A model generated the notes under the pieces. The model worked only from the letters and a program-made list of their open reading frames with translations, ran no database searches and was not told the DNA's origin. Positions 53,653 through 64,000 of a DNA stretch of 64,000 bases are shown here, piece by piece. A program made the translations under genes and the position numbers. Positions within the stretch are counted from its first letter, which is position 1. Every line of letters begins with the position of its first letter. The stretch comes from Takakia lepidozioides (lineage: Eukaryota; Plantae; Bryophyta): the NCBI GenBank assembly GCA_030704615.1, contig CM060733.1, positions 10,602,001-10,666,000 on the forward strand, in the 5' to 3' direction.

Positions 53653-56600
53653 CTATCCCTTCCGCAGCTCCATAAGTTTCAGTAACTTTAGACTCCAAAG
53701 TGTTGTCTGGCCAACCACCTGCCCCAACTCGGTCTGTTTCCTAACACCATTCACATATGGTAGAGGGGTGTTACTGACACATGCCTCTTTGATGTACACA
53801 CAGGCATAATCAAGGGGCACAGCATAGTACCCGTAACCCACCACAACACCTTGAAGAGCAACAATCAGCCCTACTCCACATTTCTTGCGTTTGGAGTTCA
53901 CATCCAACAGCCGAACCTCGTCACCCACCCTGAACTGTGATCCCAACTCCACACAAAAAAGAACACGATGTGAAAACCCATGACATACACACGACTAGGA
54001 CACTCAACATTTGCGAATTAAAGAGAGCCCCAAGGTTGGAAAAAATAAAACAAACAAGACAACGGCCTGGACTTACTCCATTTGCAGTCTCCAGTGGTTG
54101 TGAGACCTCTTTTGGGGGGCTACTCGCCGGGTCGACACTCTTGCCCCTCGTCTGTACCGGCTTGTCGACAATATCACCTTTGTTTGTCACAAGTTCCTGT
54201 GTCACAGACCAGAGAACAACCAGGAAAGCAATGAGCAAACATGAATAGCGAATAGAAACAAAATCCAAGTATGAATCAAACAAAAAAAGCCAACATGAAA
54301 AGCTGCAAAGAAAACCTAGCATTAATCAAGCAACCGAGGAGAAGCATCCAGGAAAGCAATGCAATAAATGAACCCACAAAATTGTAGCCTCTGGAGCACT
54401 GTCAGAATGTTTGTACCTTCACAGTAGCAGTGTTGTATGGTTGTTGTCCGAAAACAGGCTGAGACTCCAAAAACTTGGGAATACTGGCAGCTTTCGATGC
54501 CTTCCACAAGAAAGACCACAACACCTCTGTTAGATACTCATCAGTTGGTGAATCTGGTTGCACCTTCCATGGCTCTGGAAAAATCCCACTGAAGGGAGGA
54601 TTGTTTGCCGCCTTTCTTTGTGTGTCGTCAACAAGAACAGTGTCCTCATAAGTCCATTTTGGCCAGTCTGCCCACACTCTAGACAAGTTCTTGAAATATA
54701 ATGGCTTTGAATCAGACCCCTTACGACATGGGAGGACTGGATCCTCGTCACAGTGAAGGGCATCCCACTGGAAAACCAGGTTAGTGTGGGCTGCAAAAAT
54801 ATAGTCCACCATTGGGAAGAATTGAGCTTGGCAACAAGACCACACCGCCACCTCAAAGTGTTCAAAACACTTTTGCAAAAAGTCATAACAGCGTGGTCTC
54901 AAACTACCATCTTCTTGCCACACATCTTCCCCACAAAACCTTTGGGAAGGGATGCAGGCCCATTAGCAGAATGAAAAGATTCACATAACAGACCATTTAA
55001 GTCCAGAATTAGTAAATGCTTCCTCGTTGGTCCAGGAAGTAAACTGACATTTGGCTTCAACATGTGAGCAGGAGAAATTAAAGCAACCTGCTTGTTTGTT
55101 TTGTCCCCGTCTGCATCTTCCTCCCCATTTAAACTCCCACATACCTGCATACCAGAATCCGGTGTGCCCGGCGGCTCTGTCACCATTGCCCCCTGGACTG
55201 CTACTGCCTTTGTACGTGGCAAGGGCTGAATTTCCACGTGTACCTCACAGCTGGCCTTCCCTGTATCCTGCTGCTGCTCGGTCAAATTCAAAAGATCATC
55301 AGTGACAGAAGACATAAGGGCTTAGAGTGAGCACCAGTTACCGTCTGAAATTGGGATTCCAAACATTTTGATACTGTCACAGCAGACGTATCCATCGTAG
55401 ATGTCACTGGTCCTGCGCCTGGTAGATTAATCCCCAATCTGGTCACAATGGCTTTCTGGTACTCAATCATACTCTGCATCTGTAATTTTAATTCTGCCAT
55501 GTCACGTCTTGTGATTCCACCAGTTTGTCCAAGCCATCCATCCTGCCAACTACTGTAGAATATGCGAGACTTCCCTCCTGCCAATCCATGAAAACTTGCC
55601 CAAGAAAAAACCTAGCATGAACAACCATTGGAAAGAAAACCCAGGCCAAAAGCCTTGAAAAAAACCCTAGCAACCTATGATGCAGCAACCACTCTAGCAA
55701 ACGTGGAAAACACACTTACCCGCCTGTCACTCCCAGCTGACAACCGTGACACTGAACCCTCTTGAATTTCATATAATGTAGGAGGGCACCCTGATAGTGT
55801 TTCCTACAAATTAATCCATGCCACAAACAAACCCATGCCACAAGTCAGTAAGCAATGTGAGGGCTGACTATATACACATAGCAATTCAATGAGGAACAAA
55901 ATACAGAGTCGTGATGATGCCACTTACCAAGCGTGCTTCCACCATTGCCTTCCCACCACGGCCAGTCTTGGTAGGATTCTGAATTGCACCATTTGCCTTC
56001 TTCATGTTGCCCGACACTTTGTGGAACACCTCTGTCTGCCAGTAACTTACAAGCTTGTTCCATACCTCGTCAGATACAGTAATGGGTTTCCCCTTACCAC
56101 CCAACCACGCAGTGTGTGCTTCATAACGCTGGCTCTTCATTATTCTGCCAATTGTTTGTTTTAGGTGGAAGTCTTTTAACTTGTGTGGCGTATATGAAAA
56201 TAGCTTAGCCAGGTGATCTCTGATTTCGTATACAACTTCATCAGGTTGGTTGTTGATGGCAAGGGAACAATCTAGCTTGCGATAAGCCTGTCCTTTAAGG
56301 GCAGCGTGCCATACATTCCGGGTCTGACCATACGGGGCTCCTTTGAGGTTCGTCAAAATCACCGTGGGAGGAAGACCTGCAGCTATTCTCTCTTCCTTCA
56401 CCTTGGCAGCTTCAATTTTGGCTGAGCTATTAGCCCTCCTTAAAGCATTGGTTCTATCATTCTTTGAAACGGCACCCTCCCCTCCTTCAGAGACCTCCGT
56501 GCGCTCAGGAGAATTCAAAGCAGGATCCTGCCAAGTAGGGACTGGTGGCCATGGCTGTTGGCCAGAAGGCCGAGGACCATACTGGCCATACTGTCCATAA

Positions 56601-57850
56601 GCAGGAGGATATTCCGGTGGCCTGCCACCCCCATAGCTATTAGGGGGTGGAGATATTGGCCATACTGCCCATATGGAGGAGCACCATATTGACCCTGACC
56701 ATACTGAGTGCCAGACTGTGGGTACTGAGGCATACCATAATAAGGTGGGGGTACTGGTGGCACAGAACCCACAACGATGGGAGAGTTAGGGCCACCTCCT
56801 GCGTTCTTGTGGGCGCCATCTCCATTGCTAGCAGCAGGGATCGTGGATCCAGTGCGCTTGTGCTTGCCCTGAAAAGAAATTCCCCCAGTACAATGTGGGT
56901 GATTACACATACATATAGGCAGCAAGCAGCAAATCCTTGAATTCAATATAACAAACTGGAAGCACATATCATTTGTAAAGACAAGATTACCCAAAACTCA
57001 GTATGATCTTGGGCAGTAAATCTCCCAAATTTGATTGGCCCCAATGATGTCCTCCCAGTACATTTTGAGCCCTCTTAGGTATGGGGTGTTCCTGAAATCC
57101 ATAGCAAGAATTCAAATGGACAAACCTGATGGGTCCATGAGAAGTATCCCTCCAAGTTTTACTGATATTTGGGTGCATAAGTAACCCAAGTATCTCTATA
57201 AGTAGCCATTGTAGCTTAGTACCAGGACGTTGGTTTCATGGGGCAAAGAATTTGAACACACCTGAAGTCTACATTGGCCTGACATCATGCCTTTGGCACT
57301 TCAACTTGTCTAGTGGAAATCATTTGTGATTGTGCCTTGGCTGACCCCTGCATTGTCCAACTTCCTGTCTTGACAGACATACCCTATCTCTTCATGATCT
57401 TACCATACCCTATCTCTTCGTGATTTTACCAAAAAACATACATATTTGAATCATGGTCATTGTGAAGAACTATAACTCACAGACGGAGAAGGTGTTCGTA
57501 GTGTAGATGATGGGCGTTTTTGTCCTGCGACATGAGCATGGGCATGTTCTCCTCGGCTTGCCGTGGCATCCGCCGACGACGCACTCGCCTCGCACTGGCG
57601 TGGGAGGAGTGGATCGTCCTCATCGTCCTCAGAAGAGCCCTCATGCAGAATCGTAGTCTTCATCGTCTTCAGTCTGGCACTTTGCCTTGCAGGACCTTGA
57701 TCCCTAGCTTTTTCCTTCGGAGCGCGTGGCTTGCGAGGGCGATTCGCTCCCGCAAGCCTGCACAAACACCTCCATGACCTCCCTCTCAAACAATCACAAA
57801 CAAATGCAAGCATACATACCCTAATACTCTTAAGCCTACGCTGAACCACA
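53653..57850 (-). pseudogene. TnpA-like gene: Ptta/En-Spm (Transposase_24-like) domain, FCP1/NIF HAD phosphatase domain and C-terminal Tnp1-like domain; spliced, with frameshifts
   Basis: VWNKLVSYW...NMKKAN...TGRGG at about 55930-56330. LLILDLNGLL...RPRCYDFLQKCFEHFEVAVWS...FKNLSRVW...TVLVDDTQRKAANNPPFSGIFP at about 54440-55025. GDEVRLL...VYI...TPLP...LGQVVGQTTLW at 53653-53932. Confidence 0.75.
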
Positions 57851-58335
57851 GCCGCACCCTACCAGGACGTAATGGCTGCCCACGAATGACGGCGGACATC
57901 TCCCGCCTAATGACACACCCTCCTCAAACCTAATCGTCACTCACTGCATGTTGTTTGCCTCTCTGTTTGTACAAGTCGCAGCTACTCGCCCCCATTTGTG
58001 CTATGAAGCTTATGATCGCTGTAGGAAGGTTAGAGGATAAGGCGAATCGCAAGTTTAGTGGGTGGGTATCCAAAGTCAGGAACTAAACTCACCCATCTAT
58101 CGACTGCTTGAACGTTGCTTCCACCTCCTTTATGGCAGCAATCCGGCGCTCTCGAACTTCTCGTACTCAGTGAGAGGGACTGTCACTTCGAAGACCTTCC
58201 GCTTCACCATGGACACTCAGAAACGATACTTATAGTATACTATAGATATAGAAATAGCACATTGGCAGCTGGTGCAAAACTAGAGACAATGCACTGTGCG
58301 TAGCATGCAAAGAGGGAAGGGGTGACGTTCAAAGC

Positions 58336-61300
58336 ATGTACAGTGCAGGTGGCGACCGGATGCGTAGGCGTAGAATAGATGACCGTCTATGGCGAATGGA
58401 AGAAGCTTATGCCACAAGGAATGGGCATACAAAAATGCTATGCAACTGCGATGAGTGTCATGGAGGAAAAGTACTGTTGTTGGAAACAGTGAGGAATCAT
58501 TACATGATACACGGGAGGGATCCTCTTCTCCAACGCTGTTCTCTTCCGGTAAGATCGCCACTTTCCCTTCAGCACTTTAGTTTGAATTTTGAATGCAACG
58601 ATCCTCTTCTCCACATGTCGACATTTCGTTGGGTTGATTGTAGTCAAGAAGTCATAAGATACAGACGTGACTATGACTACGCCACTTCCGTTATCACTTT
58701 AATTAATGCACATGTCGTGTTTTCATTGGTCATGTGTAGTCATGTAGTCATATATGACTAAGTAAGTGACTGCAACTATGACTTCAATGGTTACAAATGT
58801 CGTGTTTTGATTGGGTGTATATTCATAAGATACATACGTAAATATGACTGCATCACTGCAACGTCACCGTGCCTCCTATGTCATAATATGAACAAGTGTC
58901 ACATCGTTGTTGGTCCACTCACAAGATGACTATGGGATGCAGGATGTGAATATTCAGATGATGAAGACGAAGGCCCTGCGGCACAGCGGGAGCCCAATGT
59001 CACAGAGAACGCAGATGAGAGTGGTGGATTGGAGGTAGAAATGCAGCGTGCATTGCAGGAAGCGTTTCTCTTTGCAGATGCAAACAGAGAGGACCCCATT
59101 CATGGTGGAACCGATCACACATTTGCCGATCATGACGATGATCTCGACGATTCCGGAGACAATGAATTTGATGAGAATGCTCACCTGCACGTTGATCCCG
59201 AGTATGATAAACTCTTCCGACAGTCGCAATGTCCACTTTTTGAAGGGTGCTCCATCAGCCGGCTGCAAGCAACTTTGACGTTGCTGAACGCATGCACTAC
59301 CCACAAGTGCACCAATGCATTTGTGGATGAGCTTCTGGGATTGTTGCGTAAGAGTTTTTGCCTAAAGAGAATTCATTGCCGAAAACTCACTATGAAGCAA
59401 AAACCATGATTGCCAAGATGGGATTGCAGTACACCATGATTCATGCCTGTGAGCGTGGTTGTGTACTCTTCCGTGGGGAGTATGAGAATGTAGACATTTG
59501 CCCAGTGTGCCGCAGTTCCCGTTACATTCCAGGTCGTGGAAGTGTGCCCAAGAAAGTATTGCGACACTTCCCGTCATTCCAAGGTTGAAACGTATGTACC
59601 GATGTAAATCGATCGCTAACCTCATGACATGGCACGACAGACATAAGAGCCAGGATGGGTTGGTTCGACATCCAGCTGATAGCAAAGCATGGAGACACAT
59701 TGACACCACATTTGCGGATTTTGCTGCAGAGCCACGATCTCTGCGATTTGGATTGGCCTTAGACGGTGTAAATCCCTACGGAGCTCAATCCACAAGTTGG
59801 AGCACATGGCCCGTTCTCTTGGTGAATTACAATCTGCCTCCGTGGTTAATGACCAAAAAGTTCTTTGTCATGTTAGCGCTACTGATTCCTGGTAAGGAGT
59901 CTGTTACCTCGGACAACGTAGATGTTTACCTGATGCCCCTAGTGGAAGAGCTACTGGAACTATGGAGAGGGATTGCAGCTCATGATGTTTCCCGTCCTCG
60001 TGGTCAACGCGAATTCACACTGAGGGCAGTGTTGATGTGGTCAATCCATGACTACCCTGCATATGGCTTGCTCTCAGGTCAAGTGACGAAAGGTTATGCT
60101 GGTTGTCCAGCTTGTGGACCCGGGGTGACTTCACAGCAGTTACACCACATGTGGAAAAATTGTTTTCCTAGGCCACCGAAGTTTTGGCCCGCAATCATCC
60201 ATATAGAAGGTCAAGAATGTTCAATGGCGCTACTGAACATGGAACTCCTCCAAAAACGCAGACTGGAACACAAATCAAGGACCTTGCAACAGCTCGCACT
60301 GCATGGGTGGAAAACGGAGGGACGCCAGATAGCAGGACAGACCCAGCAAAAACTCATGGAGTTAAGCGATTGTCAATTTTATATGTCTTACCTTATTGGG
60401 AGGTAATTCCTTCATGGCCTTTAAATTGGCTGTGTACATTTTGCGTTTTCTGTTTAAATTGTGATGAGTAAATGCTCAATTGCTTATGTTTCATTTTGTA
60501 GGGTCTCATCATCTGCCACACGTTTGACGCAATGCATTGCGAGAAGAACTTGGGCTGAAAATATTATTAAAACTATATTTGGTGAGAAAGACACATTGAA
60601 AGTTCGCCGTGATTTGGAGCTACTTGGGATGCGCCCGGAATTGTGGCTACAACGTGATCCTGACAGAGCAGATACGTTAATTATGCCTCCCTGCCCCTTA
60701 TGTCCTCACTGAGGCTGAGTTAAAGTCTTTCTGGAGATTGTGCAGAACTGAAAGTGCCAACAGATACGCATCAGCTTTCAAAAAGCATGTGGTGAAGAAG
60801 AAGTTGTCTGGCATGAAATCACATGACTATCATGTGCTCATGCAGCAAATATACCGCTTGCTATCCGTGGGCTCATGCCAAGTGGTCCTCGAAGGGCCAT
60901 TTGCGAGTATGTCGTGTATTTAAGAAGTTGTGTGCAAAAGTGGTGAATCCTGTAGAGTATGAGGAATTGAGAACTGAAGCAGTTCTCACTCTGTGTCTTA
61001 TAGAGAAGGAGTTCCCATCCTCATTTTTTGATGTGATGAACATTGGTTGTTCACCTAGTGGATGAGTTGTACTTATGCGGGCCCGTAGCATCTCGTTGGA
61101 TGTACCCCATGGAGCGGGCAATGAAAGATATGAAGGGATACGTAAGAAACATGGCAGGCCCGAGGGGAGCATGGCAGANNNNNNNNNNNNNNNNNNNNNN
61201 NNNNNNNNNNNNNNNNNNNNNNNNNNNNNNNNNNNNNNNNNNNNNNNNNNNNNNNNNNNNNNNNNNNNNNNNNNNNNNNNNNNNNNNNNNNNNNNNNNNN

Positions 61301-63300
61301 NNNNNNNNNNNNNNNNNNNNNNNNNNNNNNNNNNNNNNNNNNNNNNNNNNNNNNNNNNNNNNNNNNNNNNNNNNNNNNNNNNNNNNNNNNNNNNNNNNNN
61401 NNNNNNNNNNNNNNNNNNNNNNNNNNNNNNNNNNNNNNNNNNNNNNNNNNNNNNNNNNNNNNNNNNNNNNNNNNNNNNNNNNNNNNNNNNNNNNNNNNNN
61501 NNNNNNNNNNNNNNNNNNNNNNNNNNNNNNNNNNNNNNNNNNNNNNNNNNNNNNNNNNNNNNNNNNNNNNNNNNNNNNNNNNNNNNNNNNNNNNNNNNNN
61601 NNNNNNNNNNNNNNNNNNNNNNNNNNNNNNNNNNNNNNNNNNNNNNNNNNNNNNNNNNNNNNNNNNNNNNNNNNNNNNGTGGGCTCTTGCCAAGTTGTCA
61701 ATGGTCGAGGCCCATTTGGCGAGTATGTTTTGTATTTAAGAATTTGTGTGCAAAAAGTGTAATCCTGTAGAGTATTAAGGAATTGAGAACTGAAGCAGTC
61801 TCACTCTGTGTCTTATAGAGAAGGAGTTCCCTCATCATTTTTTGATGTGATGACACATCTGGTTGTTCACCTTCTCTTGGATGAGTTGTACTTATGCGGG
61901 CCCGTAGCATCTCGTTGGATGTACCCCTGGAGCGGGCAATGAAAGATATGAAGGGCTACGTAAGAAAACATGGCAGGCCCGAGTGGATCATGGCAGAAAG
62001 GATACCAATTTTGAAGAAGCATTGGGTTTTTGCACAAGTATATGGCATGATTTGATGGAAGTGTCGAGGGTGTGGGATGCAGATGAGCATAATCTGTGGA
62101 ACGTGAAGTTGTGAAGGAAGTTCTAAAGCCCAAATTGAATGACTTGTGTGATATTGTACATGAGTACATCATTCAGACCATCCTCGTCTCAGTCATGTTG
62201 GGGTAAGAAATCTACTTCTTGACATTCAGATTTCCAAGTTTTAGTCATTTATCAATTAGTTGGCATAGGACGTCTTTTCAAATCTCCCACTCCACCCATC
62301 TTCAATCTCATGGCTGACCCTCGGATTTTGACAGATATATAATCATAGTCCACACTTATATAAATCCATACGACGCTTGTTTCGTGAGGAGCAAGGGCTG
62401 GAAGGCATGAGCATCCACGGCAATTCAGTACCCTCCTGATTTGCCTCCTTGTCCTCCATTTGCTGTTTGGCTCCCTCAAGTGTACGGGATCATCTCTCAA
62501 TTCAATCAGATGGGCTTGATCCCTACAACACGTGAGGAATTACTGGATCTTTCAAGGCCTCCATCATTTACTTCTACTCTTTACTGCCCTGTCATTCAAG
62601 AGTTACAGCGATATGGTAACCATTACAGGGTGACATCCCCGGCATGAACACAACAAGTATGGTGTCTTTTGATTGTGTAGTCTCATTTGTTTTCCAGCAC
62701 CAGCCCATTACCAACAATTCAGCAAATGACATGGAGGAACCTACAAGATATGTGGGTCTTATAAGGGAGATTTTGCAAATTGACTATGGCCAAACACAGC
62801 CTATAGTGTTTTTGTGTTCGTGGGTACGGGCGAGTCGCGTGGGTCGTCAACCTATGTCAATGAAGCAGGATGATGCTGGCTTCACACTTGTCAATTTTAA
62901 CCGTATGCTTCCACCTTCTGAGCAACCTTTTGTGTTTCCTGGCCAGGTTGATCAAGTGTTTTTTTCTGATTGTGTGAAGGAGCCGGGGTGGAAAGTCGTC
63001 CTGGAGAAGAGCCCCCGAGCACGTAGAGTGGTCTGCGACATATCAATTGATAATGATGATGTGGCGGAAGTGGAAGGATTGTTAGCCCCACAAAGACTAG
63101 TGGAGACTCTGGTTACTGATGGCCCAACATGCAGCGGTACCGGTTTACTCCAAGCAGTGCCTCCTTGTACCTCCGAGCACCCCGTATACGTGGTGATGAT
63201 GTTCAGCCAACCCTTGGACAGATCAAGTCTGTGATGAAGACAGTGATACATGTAGTGACCCAGACATAGATGAGGATGATGAAGATTAGATATGCGCGAT
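58336..63300 (+). pseudogene. En/Spm (CACTA) TnpD/Tnp2-type transposase, spliced; contains frameshifts (possibly sequencing errors) and a gap
   Basis: Motifs: MLCNCDEC...VRNHYMIHG (transposase-associated domain), IHACERGCVLF...CPVC, RHPADSKAWRHID...LALDGVNPYG...WSTWPV...NYNLPP...WSIHDYPAYG, KSHDYHVLMQ, SRWMYPMER and YVGLIREILQIDY...QVDQVFF. Confidence 0.92.
61179..61678. other. Assembly gap (500 N) with duplicated flanks
   Basis: 60868-61178 is repeated, with indels, at 61679-61997. Confidence 0.95.
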
Positions 63301-64000
63301 TTGTGCACTCCAGTTATAGACCATGCATGATAGTTTAAGGTGGTAACACTCCCTTCGCATTCCCATTAAGATATCATGCTTGGACACTGGATTTTATGAT
63401 CAATTATGGAGTGCTTTCCTTTCAGCATCCTTTATTCATTTGTTGTTGCATTGGCTTTGGACCAACCCGTGCTGGTACCATTGCCATGGGTTCTGCCTGC
63501 AATGTTTTCTTACCATGGATTCGCACACACGCCACGAAAGGCCATCCAGACCATCCTCTGGAAATGCTCCAATGTTGTTTCAAACATCTCCACATTGCAA
63601 TGGATACAACAATGACATACGATGAGTGAAAGTGAGACTAGACCTCCAGCCAGCCGGCTTTCCCACATCAAATTGAAGGGGATCTGTAGATTATAGATAA
63701 CGGCTGTTGCCTTCTCAATGTCTTTTCCAATCACCTTCTGCAATGAACTGGGTATAAGATCCTTCAAATCACAAGTTTGAGCATCACGCACAAGCCACTT
63801 ACGGGGATAGAGTTTCCAATGCGAACCATTGGTCTTTTATTGATAGCATTGTTGTAAAATACATGGCTCAACATGGTCAATTTCGGGAATGACATATAGT
63901 ACGCTTTCATGTACTATGTAAAGCATGCAACTATGTACCAGTGACGTGGCTTGTTCGCCACTTAACCTGTTTGCCCATTCAGCCATCTCCACATTGTCAT

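Larger units (their letters stand above)
52474..64000 (+). mobile_element. CACTA/En-Spm transposon 2 (left terminus intact, probably extends beyond the window)
   Basis: CACTACAACAGA terminus at 52474 and ATATGACTA subterminal motifs. It carries divergent TnpA-like (-) and TnpD-like (+) genes. Confidence 0.88.

Noticed and set aside
61043-61770. Long ORFs of 206-239 aa
   Set aside because: These are artefacts of translating through Ns.
60868-61997. Tandem duplication within the transposase
   Set aside because: The duplicated sequences flank a 500-N gap and differ mainly by indels, which is typical of an unmerged contig overlap.

Overview
Eukaryotic nuclear DNA from a land plant, probably a non-seed plant such as a bryophyte; this is inferred from the PPR style, a hydrolase-NLR-type domain and the TE cargo. 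Three host genes look intact: a 14-exon zeta-carotene desaturase (ZDS, 22273-27664, +), an intronless ubiquitin-RPS27a fusion (38142-38612, -) and a PLS-DYW PPR RNA-editing factor (41979-45909, +). Decayed PPR paralogues and an alpha/beta-hydrolase pseudogene lie nearby. The rest is largely transposon-derived: two CACTA/En-Spm elements, a 5'-truncated L1-type LINE, a Copia relic, hAT-type elements and a TTAA/piggyBac-type MITE family. The most striking pattern is that three DNA-element-associated genes each carry a chromatin- or transcription-modifying domain. (i) A spliced gene fuses a ParB/Srx-like domain (WDGNHRL) to a beta-class amino-DNA-methyltransferase-like domain; it is preceded and interleaved by 16 copies of a 24-bp palindrome (GTGATGATCGGTACCGATCATCAC) and carries an internal inversion. 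(ii) CACTA-1 contains a SET-domain gene. (iii) The TnpA-like gene of CACTA-2 contains an FCP1/NIF HAD-phosphatase domain. All domain calls were made by eye from motifs, with no database search. Many frameshifts may be real decay or sequencing indels; a 500-N gap with duplicated flanks shows that assembly quality is imperfect.
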